Shown here in pieces: positions 23,901-36,050 of a stretch of 64,000 nt of DNA. Positions within the stretch are counted from its first letter, which is position 1, and the number at the start of each line of letters is the position of its first letter. Location: positions 9,980,352 to 10,044,351 of the forward strand of contig NC_092678.1 of assembly GCF_964355755.1 (NCBI RefSeq), written 5' to 3'. The position numbers were made by a program, and so were the translations under genes. The notes beneath the pieces are model-generated. The model had not been told where the DNA came from. It worked only from the letters and a program-made list of their open reading frames with translations, and made no database searches. This DNA is from Antedon mediterranea (taxonomy: Eukaryota; Animalia; Echinodermata).

Positions 23901-26900
23901 GTGTGAAAAGTTTTAACGAAATGCTCAAAATGGTCTAAAACGGTTTCTAATGTGATTTTAACCACTTTGATGTTTTTGTGTAACCAAGTTTTTTCGAAAA
24001 TCACAAAATGGTCTAAAACGTCTCCAAATGCGATTTGAAGCTTTTCCAAGCACTTTGCTGTTTTTATGTTAACAAGTTTTTTCGAAAATCACAAAATGGT
24101 CTAAAACGTCTCCAAATGCGATTTCAAGGTATTCTGAGCACTTTGGTGTTTTTGTGTGAAAGGTTTTAACGAAATGCTCAAAATGGTCTAAAACGGTTTC
24201 TAATGTGATTTTAAGCACTTTGATGTTTTTGTATAACCAAGTTTCATCGAAATGCACAAAATGGTCTAAAACGTCTCCAAATGCGATTTGAAGCTTTTCT
24301 AAGCACTTTGCTGTTTTTATGTTAAAAAGTTTTTTCGAAAATCACAAAATGGTCTAAAACGTCTCCAAATGCGATTTGAAGATATTCTGAGCACTTTGGT
24401 GTTTTTATGTTAAAAAGTTTTTTCGAAAATCACAAAATGGTCTAAAACGTCTCCAAATGCGATTTGAAGATATTCTGAGCACTTTGGTGTTTTTATGTTA
24501 AAAAGTTTTTTCGAAAATCACAAAATGGTCTAAAACGTCTCCAAATGCGATTTGAAGCTATTCTGTACACTTTGATGTTTTGTGTGAAAAAGTTTTGTCG
24601 AAATGCTCAAAATGGTCTAAAACGTTTTTAAAACGATATTAAGCTATTTTGTGCTCTTTGATGTTTTTGTGTAACCAAGTTTTATCGAAATGAACAAAAT
24701 GGTCTAAAACGTCTCCAAATGCGATTTGAAGCTTTTCTAAGCACTTTGCTGTTTTTATGTTAACAAGTTTTTTCGAAAATCACAAAATGGTCTAAAACGT
24801 CTCCAAATGCGATTTGAAGATATTCTGAGCACTTTGGTGTTTTTATGTTAAAAAGTTTTTTCGAAAATCACAAAATGGTCTAAAACGTCTCCAAATGCGA
24901 TTTGAAGCTATTCTATACACTTTGATGTTTTGTGTTAAAAAGTTTTGTCGAAATGCTCAAAATGGTTTAAAACGTTTTTAAAACGATATTAAGCTATTTT
25001 GTGCTCTTTGATGTTTTTGTGTAACCAAGTTTCATCGAAATGCGATTTGAAGCTTTTCCAAGCACTTTGCTGTTTTTATGTTAACAAGCTTTTTCGAAAA
25101 TCACAAAATGGTCTAAAACGTCTCCAAATGCGATTTGAAGATATTCTGAGCACTTTGGTGTTTTTATGTTAAAAAGTTTTTTCGAAAATCACAAAATGGT
25201 CTAAAACGTCTCCAAATGCGATTTGAAGATATTCTAAGCACTTTGGTGTTTTTATGTTAACAAGTTTTTTCGAAAATCACAAAATGGTCTAAAACGTCTC
25301 CAAATGCGATTTGAAGATATTCTGAGCACTTTGGTGTTTTTCTGTTAAAAAGTATTTTCGAAAATCACAAAATGGTCTAAAACGTCTCCAAATGCAATTT
25401 GAAGCTATTCTGTACACTTTGATGTTTTGTGTGAAAAAGTTTTGTCAAAATGCTCAAAATGGTCTAAAACGTTTTTAAAACGATATTAAGCTATTTTGTG
25501 CTCTTTGATGTTTTTGTATAACCAAGTTTTTTCGAAAATCACAAAATGGTCTAAAACGTCTCCAAATGCGATTTGAAGCTTTTCTAAACACTTTGGTGTT
25601 TTTATGTTAACAAGTTTTTTCGAAAATCACAAAATGGTCTAAAACGTCTCCAAATCCGATTTGAAGCTATTCTGTACACTTTGATGTTTTGTGTGAAAAA
25701 GTTTTGTCGAAATGCTCAAAATGGTCTAAAACGTTTTTAAAACGATATTAAGCTATTTTGTGCTCTTTGATGTTTTTGTGTAACCAAGTTTCATCGATAT
25801 GAACAAAATGGTCTAAAACGTCTCAAAATGCGATTTGAAGGTATTCTGAGCACTTTGGTGTTTTTGGGTGAAAAGTTTTAACGAAATGCTCAAAATGGTC
25901 TAAAACGGTTTCTAATGTGATTTTAAGCACTTTGAAGTATTTGTAAAAACAAGTTTCATCGAAATGCACAAAATAGTCTAAAACGTCTCCAAATGCGATT
26001 TGAAGCTTTTCTAAGCACTTTGGTGTTTTTATGTTAATAAGTTTTTTCGAAAATCACAAAATGGTCTAAAACGTCTCCAAATGCGATTTGAAGATATTCT
26101 GAGCACTTTGGTGTTTTTATGTTAAAAAGTATTTTCGAAAATCACAAAATGGTCTAAAACGTCTCCAAATGCGATTTGAAGCTCTTCTGTACACTTTGAT
26201 GTTTTGTGTGAAAAAGTTTAGTCGAAATGCTCAAAATGGTCTAAAACGTTTTTAAAACGATATTAAGCTATTTTGTGCTCTTTGATGTTTTTGTGTAACC
26301 AAGTTTCATCGAAAATCACAAAATGGTCTAAAACGTCTCCAAATGCGATTTGAAGCTTTTCCAAGCACTTTGCTGTTTTTATGTTAACAAGTTTTTTCGA
26401 AAATCACAAAATGGTCTAAAACGTCTCAAAATACGATAATAAGCTGTTTTGTGGACTTTGATGATTTGTGTGAAAAGTTTTAACGAAATGCTCAAAATGG
26501 TCTAAAACGGTTTCTAATGTGATTTTAAGCACTTTGATGTTTTTATGTAGCCAAGTTTTTTCGAAAATCACAAAATGGTCAAAAACGTCTCCAAATGCGA
26601 TTTGAAGCTTTTCTAAGCACTTTGGTGTTTTTATGTTAACAAGTTTTTTCGAAAATCACAAAATGGTCTAAAACGTCTCCAAATGCAATTTGAAGCTATT
26701 CTGTACACTTTGATGTTTTGTGTGAAAAAGTTTTGTCAAAATGCTCAAAATGGTCTAAAACGTTTTTAAAACGATATTAAGCTATTTTGTGCTCTTTGAT
26801 GTTTTTGTATAACCAAGTTTTTTCGAAAATCACAAAATGGTCTAAAACGTCTCCAAATGCGATTTGAAGCTTTTCTAAACACTTTGGTGTTTTTATGTTA

Positions 26901-27799
26901 ACAAGTTTTTTCGAAAATCACAAAATGGTCTAAAACGTCTCCAAATCCGATTTGAAGCTATTCTGTACACTTTGATGTTTTGTGTGAAAAAGTTTTGTCG
27001 AAATGCTCAAAATGGTCTAAAACGTTTTTAAAACGATATTAAGCTATTTTGTGCTCTTTGATGTTTTTGTGTAACCAAGTTTCATCGATATGAACAAAAT
27101 GGTCTAAAACGTCTCAAAATGCGATTTGAAGGTATTCTGAGCACTTTGGTGTTTTTGGGTGAAAAGTTTTAACGAAATGCTCAAAATGGTCTAAAACGGT
27201 TTCTAATGTGATTTTAAGCACTTTGAAGTATTTGTAAAAACAAGTTTCATCGAAATGCACAAAATAGTCTAAAACGTCTTCAAATGCGATTTGAAGCTTT
27301 TCTAAGCACTTTGGTGTTTTTATGTTAACAAGTTTTTTCGAAAATCACAAAATGGTCTAAAACGTCTCCAAATGCGATTTGAAGATATTCTGAGCACTTT
27401 GGTGTTTTTATGTTAAAAAGTATTTTCGAAAATCACAAAATGGTCTAAAACGTCTCCAAATGCGATTTGAAGCTCTTCTGTACACTTTGATGTTTTGTGT
27501 GAAAAAGTTTAGTCGAAATGCTCAAAATGGTCTATAACGTTTTTAAAACGATATTAAGCTATTTTGTGCTCTTTGATGTTTTTGTGTAACCAAGTTTCAT
27601 CGAAAATCACAAAATGGTCTAAAACGTCTCCAAATGCGATTTGAAGATATTCTGAGCACTTTGGTGTTTTTATGTTAACAAGTTTTTTCGAAAATCACAA
27701 AATGGTCTAAAACGTCTCCAAATGCGATTTGAAGATATTCTGAGCACTTTGGTGTTTTTATGTTAAAAAGTTTTTTCGAAAATCACAAAATGGTCTAAA

Positions 27800-30700
27800 A
27801 CGTCTCCAAATGCGATTTGAAGCTTTTCCAAGCACTTTGCTGTTTTTATGTTAACAAGTTTTTTCGAAAATCACAAAATGGTCTAAAACGTCTCAAAATG
27901 CGATTTGAAGGTATTCTGAGCACTTTGGTGTTTTTGTGTGAAAAGTTTTAACGAAATGCTCAAAATTGTCTAAAACGGTTTCTAATGTGATTTTAAGCAC
28001 TTTGATGTTTTTGTAAAACCAAGTTTCATCGAAATGAACAAAATGGTCTAAAATGTCTCCAAATGCGATTTGAAGCTTTTCCAAGCACTTTGCTGTTTTT
28101 ATGTTAACAAGCTTTTTCGAAAATCACAAAATGGTCTAAAACGTCTCCAAATGCGATTTGAAGATATTCTGAGCACTTTGGTGTTTTTATGTTAAAAAGT
28201 TTTTTCGAAAATCACAAAATGGTCTAAAACGTCTCCAAATGCGATTTGAAGATATTCTGAGCACTTTGGTGTTTTTATGTTAAAAAGTTTTTTCGAAAAT
28301 CACAAAATGGTCTAAAACGTCTCCAAATGCGATTTGAAGCTATTCTGTACACTTTGATGTTTTGTGTGAAAAAGTTTTGTCGAAATGCTCAAAATGGTTT
28401 AAAACGTTTTTAAAACGATATTAAGTTATTTTGTGCTCTTTGATGTTTTTGTGTAACCAAGTTTCATCGAAATGAACAAAATGGTCTAAAACGTCTCCAA
28501 ATGCGATTTGAAGCTTTTCCAAGCACTTTGCTGTTTTTATGTTAACAAGTTTTTTCGAAAATCACAAAATGGTGTAAAACGTCTCAAAATGCGATTTGAA
28601 GGTATTCTGAGCACTTTGGTGTTTTTGTGTGAAAAGTTTTAACGAAATGCTCAAAATGGTCTAAAACGGTTCTAATGTGATTTTAAGCTATTCTAGACAC
28701 TTTGATGTTTTGTGTGAAAAAGTTTTCTCGAAATGCTCAAAATGGTCTAAAACGTTTTCCAATACCATATTAAGCTATTTTGTGCAATTTGATGTTTTTG
28801 TGTAACCAAGTTTTTTGAAATGCGATTTGAAGATATTCTGAGGACTCTGGTGTTTTTATGTTAAAAAGTTTTTTCGAAAATCACAAAATGGTCTAAAACG
28901 TCTCCAAATGCGATTTGAAGATATTCTGAGCACTTTGGTGTTTTTATGTTAAAAAGTTTTTTCGAAAATCACAAAATGGTCTAAAACGTCTCCAAATGCG
29001 AGTTGAAGCTATTCTGTACACTTTGATGTTTTGTGTGAAAAAGTTTTGTCGAAATGCTCAAAATGGTCTAAAACGTTTTTAAAACGATATTAAGCTATTT
29101 TGTGCTCTTTGATGTTTTTGTGTAACCAAGTTTTTTCGAAAATCACAAAATGGTCTAAAACGTCTCCAAATGCGATTTGAAGCTTTTCTAAGCACTTTGG
29201 TGTTTTTATGTTAACAAGTTTTTTCGCAAATCACAAAATGGTCTAAAACGTCTCCAAATGCGATTTGAAGATATTCTGAGCACATTGGTGTTTTTATGTT
29301 AAAAAAGTTTTTTCGAAAATCACAAAATGGTCTAAAACGTTTCCAAATGCGATTTGAAGCTCTTCTGTACACTTTGATGTTTTGTGTGAAAAAGTTTTTT
29401 CGAAATGCTCAAAATGGTCTAAAACGTTTTTAAATACGATATTAAGCTGTTTTGTGCACTTTGATGGTTTGTGTGAAAAGTTTTAACGAAATGCTCAAAA
29501 TGGTCAAAAACGGTTTCTAATGTGATTTTAAGCACTTTGATGTTTTTGTGTAACCAAGTTTTTTCGAAAATCACAAATTGGTCTAAAACGTCTCCAAATG
29601 CGATTTGAAGCTTTTCTAAACACTTTGGTGCTTTTATGTTAACAAGTTTTTTCGAAAATCACAAAATGGTCTAAAACGTCTCCAAATGCGATTTGAAGCT
29701 TTTCTAAACACTTTGGTGTTTTTATGTTAACAAGTTTTTTCGAAAATCACAAAATGGTCTAAAACGTCTTCAAATGCGATTTGAAGATATTCTGAGCACT
29801 TTGGTGTTTTTCTGTTAAAAAGTTTTTTCGAAAATCACAAAATGGTCTAAAACGTCTCCAAATGCGATTTGAAGCTCTTCTGTACACTTTGATGTTTTGT
29901 GTGAAAAAGTTTTCTCGAAATGCTCAAAATGGTCTAAAACGTTTTCCAATACCATATTAAGCTATTTTGTGCAATTTGATGTTTTTATGTAACCAAGTTT
30001 TTTGAAATGCGATTTGAAGATATTCTGAGCACTTTGGTGTTTTTATGTTAAAAAGTTTTTTCGAAAATCACAAAATGGTCTAAAACGTCTCCAAATGCGA
30101 TTTGAAGATATTCTGAGCACTTTGGTGTTTTTATGTTAAAAAGTTTTTTCGAAAATCACAAAATGGTCTAAAACGTCTCCAAATGCGATTTGAAGCTATT
30201 CTGTACACTTTGATGTTTTGTGTGAAAAAGTTTTGTCGAAATGCTCAAAATGGTCTAAAACGTTTTTAAAACGATATTAAGCTATTTTGTGCTCTTTGAT
30301 GTTTTTGTGTAACCAAGTTTTTTCGAAAATCACAAAATGGTCTAAAACGTCTCCAAATGCGATTTGAAGCTTTTCTAAGCACTTTGGTGTTTTTATGTTA
30401 ACAAGTTTTTTCGAAAATCACAAAATGGTCTAAAACGTCTCAAAATGCGATTTGAAGGTATTCTGAGCACTTTGGTGTTTTTGTGTGAAAAGTTTTAACG
30501 AAATGCTCAAAATGGTCTAAAACGGTTTCTAATGTGATTTTAAGCACTTTGATGTTTTTGTGTAACCAAGTTTTTTCGAAAATCACAAAATGGTCTAAAA
30601 CGTCTCCAAATGCGATTTGAAGCTATTCTGTACACTTTGATGTTTTGTGTGAAAAAAGTTTTGTCGAAATGCTCAAAATGGTCTAAAACGTTTTTAAAAC

Positions 30701-33700
30701 GATATTGAGCTATTTTGTGCTCTTTGATGTTTTTGTGTAACCAAGTTTTATCGAAATGAACAAAATGGTCTAAAACGTCTCCAAATGCGATTTGAAGCTT
30801 TTCCAAGCACTTTGCTGTTTTTATATTAAGTTTTTTCGAAAATCACAAAATGGTCTAAAACGTCTCTAAATGCGATTTGAAGGTATTCTGAGCAATTTGG
30901 TGTTTTTGTGTGAAAAGTTTTAACGAAATGCTCAAAATTGTCTAAAACGGTTTCTAATGTGATTTTAAGCACTTTGATGTTTTTGTAAAACCAAGTTTCA
31001 TCGAAATGCACAAAATGGTCTAAAACGTCTCCAAATGCGATTTGAAGCTATTCTGTACACTTTGATGTTTTGTGTGAAAAAAGTTTTGTCGAAATGCTCA
31101 AAATGGTCTAAAACGTTTTTAAAACGATATTAAGCTATTTTGTGCTCTTTGATGTTTTTGTGTAACCAAGTTTTATCGAAATGAACAAAATGGTCTAAAA
31201 CGTCTCCAAATGCGATTTGAAGCTTTTCCAAGCACTTTGCTGTTTTTATGTTAACAGGTTTTTTCGAAAATCACAAAATGGTCTAAAACGTCTCAAAATG
31301 CGATTTGAAGGTATTCTGAGCACTTTGGTGTTTTTGTGTGAAAAGTTTTAACGAAATGCTCAAAATTGTCTAAAACGGTTTCTAATGTGATTTTAAGCAC
31401 TTTGATGTTTTTGTAAAACCAAGTTTCATCGAAATGCACAAAATGGTCTAAAATGTCTCCAAATGCGATTTGAAGCTTTTCCAAGCACTTTGCTGTTTTT
31501 ATGTTAACAAGCTTTTTCGAAAATCACAAAAGGGTCTAAAACGTCTCCAAATGTGATTTGAAGATATTCTGAGCACTTTGGTATTTTTATGTTAAAAAGT
31601 TTTTTCGAAAATCACAAAATGGTCTAAAACGTCTCCAAATGCGATTTGAAGATATTCTGAGCACTTTGGTGTTTTTATGTTAAAAAGTTTTTTCGAAAAT
31701 CACAAAATGGTCTAAAACGTCTCCAAATGCGATTTGAAGCTATTCTGTACACTTTGATGTTTTGTGTGAAAAAGTTTTGTCGAAATGCTCAAAATGGTTT
31801 AAAACGTTTTTAAAACGATATTAAGCTATTTTGTGCTCTTTGATGTTTTTGTATAACCAAGTTTCATCGAAATGCACAAAATGGTCTAAAACGTCTCCAA
31901 ATACGATTTGAAGCTTTTCCAAGCAGTTTGCTGTTTTTATGTTAACAAGTTTTTTAGAAAATCACAAAATTGTCTAAAACGTCTCAAAATGCGATTTGAA
32001 GGTATTCTGAGCACTTTGGTGTTTTTGTGTGAAAAGTTTTAACGAAAAGCTCAAAATGGTCTAAAACGGTTCTAATGTGATTTTAAGCACTTTGATGTTT
32101 TTGTACAACCAAGTTTCATCGAAATGCTCAAAATGGTCTAAAACGTTTTTAAAACGATATTAAGCTATTTTGTGCTCTTTGATGTTTTTGTGTAACCAAG
32201 TTTTTTTCGAAAATCACAAAATGGTCTAAAACGTCTCCAAATGCGATTTGAAGCTTTTCTAAGCACTTTGGTGTTTTTATGTTAACAAGTTTTTTCGAAA
32301 ATCGCAAAATGGTCTAAAACGTCTCAAAATGCGATTTGAAGGTATTCTGAGCACTTTGGTGTTTTTGTGTGAAAAGTTTTAACGAAATGCTCAAAATGGT
32401 CTAAAACGGTTTCTAATGTGATTTTAACCACTTTGATGTTTTTGTGTAACCAAGTTCTTTTCGAAAATCACAAAATGGTCTAAAACGTCTCCAAATGCGA
32501 TTTGAAGCTTTTCTAAGCACTTTGGTGTTTTTATGTTAACAAGTTTTTTCGAAAATCACAAAATGGTCTAAAACGTCTCAAAATGCGATTTGAAGGTATT
32601 CTGAGCACTTTGGTGTTTTTGTGTGAAAAGTTTTAACGAAATGCTCAAAATGGTCTAAAACGGTTTCTAATGTGATTTTAACCACTTTGATGTTTTTGTG
32701 TAACCAAGTTTTTTCGAAAATCACAAAATGGTCTAAAACGTCTCCAAATGCGATTTGAAGCTTTTCTAAGCACTTTGGTGTTTTTATGTTAACAAGTTTT
32801 TTCGAAAATCACAAAATGGTCTAAAACGTCTCCAAATGCGATTTGAAGCTATTCTGTACACTTTGATGTTTTGTGTGAAAAAAGTTTTGTCGAAATGCTC
32901 AAAATGGTCTAAAACGTTTTTAAAACGATATTAAGCTATTTTGTGCTCTTTGATGTTTTTGTGTAACCAAGTTTTATCGAAATGAACAAAATGTTCTAAA
33001 ACGTCTCCAAATGCGATTTGAAGCTTTTCCAAGCACTTTGCTGTTTTTATGTTAAGTTTTTTCGAAAATCACAAATTGGTCTAAAACGTCTCTAAATGCG
33101 AGTTGAAGGTATTCTGAGCACTTTGGTGTTTTTGTGTGAAAAGTTTTAACGAAATGCTCAAAATTGTCTAAAACGGTTTCTAATGTGATTTTAAGCACTT
33201 TGATGTTTTTGTAAAACCAAGTTTCATCGAAATGCACAAAATGGTCTAAAACGTCTCCAAATGCGATTTGAAGCTTTTCCAAGCACTTTGCTGTTTTTAT
33301 GTTAACAAGCTTTTTCGAAAATCACAAAATGGTCTAAAACGTCTCCAAATGCGATTTGAAGATATTCTGAGCACTTTGGTGTTTTTATGTTAAAAAGTTT
33401 TTTCGAAAATCACAAAATGGTCTAAAACGTCTCCAAATGCGATTTGAAGCTCTTCTGTACACTTTGATGTTTTGTGTGAATAAGTTTTGTCAAAATGCTC
33501 AAAATGGTCTAAAACGTTTTTAAAACGATATTAAGCTATTTTGTGCTCTTTGATGTTTTTGTATAACCAAGTTTTTTCGAAAATCACAAAATTGTCTAAA
33601 ACGTCTCCAAATGCGATTTGAAGATATTCTGAGCACTTTGGTGTTTTTATGTTAAAAAGTTTTTTCGAAAATCACAAAATGGTCTAAAACGTCTCCAAAT

Positions 33701-36050
33701 GCGATTTGAAGATATTCTGAGCACTTTGGTGTTTTGTGTGAAAAGTTTTGTCGAAATGCTCAAAATGGTCTAAAACGTTTTTAAAACGATATTAAGCTAT
33801 TTTGTGCTCTTTGATGTTTTTGTGTAACCAAGTTTCATCGAAATGAACAAAATGGTCTAAAACGTCTCCAAATGCGATTTGAAGCTTTTCTAAGCACTTT
33901 GGTGTTTTTATGTTAACAAGTTTTTTCGAAAATCACAAAATGGTCTAAAACGTCTCCAAATGCGATTTGAAGATATTCTGAGCACTTTGCTGTTTTTATG
34001 TTAACAAGTTTTTTCGAAAATCACAAAATGGTCTAAAACGTCTCAAAATGCTATTTGAAGGTATTCTGAGCACTTTGGTGTTTTTGTGTGAAAAGTTTTA
34101 ACGAAATGCTCAAAATGGTCTAAAACGGTTCTAATGTGATTTTAAGCACTTTGATGTTTTTGTATAACCAAGTTTCATCGAAATGCTCAAAATGGTCTAA
34201 AACGTTTTTAAAACGATATTAAGCTATTTTGTGCTCTTTGATGTTTTTGTGTAACGAAGTTTCATCGAAATGAACAAAATGGTCTAAAACGTCTCCAAAT
34301 GCGATTTGAAGCTTTTCCAAGCACTTTGCTGTTTTTATGTTAACAAGTTTTTTCGAAAATCACAAAATGGCCTAAAACGTCTCAAAATGCGATTTCAAGG
34401 TATTCTGAGCACTTTGGTGTTTTTGTGTGAAAGGTTTTAACGAAATGCTCAAAATGGTCTAAAACGGTTTCTAATGTGATTTTAAGCACTTTGATGTTTT
34501 TGTATAACCAAGTTTCATCGAAATGCACAAAATGGTCTAAAACGTCTCCAAATGCGATTTGAAGCTTTTCTAAGCACTTTGCTGTTTTTATGTTAAAAAG
34601 TTTTTTCGAAAATCACAAAATGGTCTAAAACGTCTCCAAATGCGATTTGAAGATATTCTGAGCACTTTGGTGTTTTTATGTTAAAAAGTTTTTTCGAAAA
34701 TCACAAAATGGTCTAAAACGTCTCCAAATGCGATTTGAAGATATTCTGAGCACTTTGGTGTTTTTATGTTAAAAAGTTTTTTCGAAAATCACAAAATGGT
34801 CTAAAACGTCTCCAAATGCGATTTGAAGCTATTCTGTACACTTTGATGTTTTGTGTGAAAAAGTTTTGTCGAAATGCTCAAAATGGTCTAAAACGTTTTT
34901 AAAACGATATTAAGCTATTTTGTGCTCTTTGATGTTTTTGTGTAACCAAGTTTTATCGAAATGAACAAAATGGTCTAAAACGTCTCCAAATGCGATTTGA
35001 AGCTTTTCTAAGCACTTTGCTGTTTTTATGTTAACAAGTTTTTTCGAAAATCACAAAATGGTCTAAAACGTCTCCAAATGGGATTTGAAGCTTTTCTAAG
35101 CACTTTGGTGTTTTTATGTTAACAAGTTTTTTCGAAAAACACAAAATGGTCTAAAACGTCTCCAAATGCGATTTGAAGATATTCTGAGCACTTTGGTGTT
35201 TTTATGTTAAAAAGTATTTTCGAAAATCACAAAATGGTCTAAAACGTCTCCAAATGCGATTTGAAGCTCTTCTGTACACTTTGATGTTTTGTGTGAAAAA
35301 GTTTAGTCGAAATGCTCAAAATGGTCTAAAACGTTTTTAAAACGATATTAAGCTATTTTGTGCTCTTTGATGTTTTTGTGTAACCAAGTTTCATCGAAAA
35401 TCACAAAATGGTCTAAAACGTCTCCAAATGCGATTTGAAGCTTTTCCAAGCACTTTGCTGTTTTTATGTTAACAAGTTTTTTCGAAAATCACAAAATGGT
35501 CTAAAACGTCTCAAAATGCGATTTGAAGGTATTCTGAGCACTTTGGTGTTTTTGTGTGAAAAGTTTTAACGAAATGCTCAAAATTGTCTAAAACGGTTTC
35601 TAATGTGATTTTAAGCACTTTGATGTTTTTGTAAAACCAAGTTTCATCGAAATGAACAAAATGGTCTAAAATGTCTCCAAATGCGATTTGAAGCTTTTCC
35701 AAGCACTTTGCTGTTTTTATGTTAACAAGCTTTTTCGAAAATCACAAAATGGTCTAAAACGTCTCCAAATGCGATTTGAAGATATTCTGAGCACTTTGGT
35801 GTTTTTATGTTAAAAAGTTTTTTCGAAAATCACAAAATGGTCTAAAACGTCTCCAAATGCGATTTGAAGATATTCTAAGCACTTTGGTGTTTTTATGTTA
35901 ACAAGTTTTTTCGAAAATCACAAAATGGTCTAAAACGTCTCCAAATGCGATTTGAAGATATTCTAAGCACTTTGGTGTTTTTATGTTAACAAGTTTTTTC
36001 GAAAATCACAAAATGGTCTAAAACGTCTCCAAATGCGATTTGAAGATATT
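27800..36050. repeat. ~8.2-kb block, copy 1 of a dispersed duplication (copy 2 at ~51770-59830)
   Basis: Five ORF pairs at constant offset 23776 (30540/54316, 30826/54602, 31293/55069, 33052/56828, 35511/59287) and many shared private variants. Confidence 0.9.
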
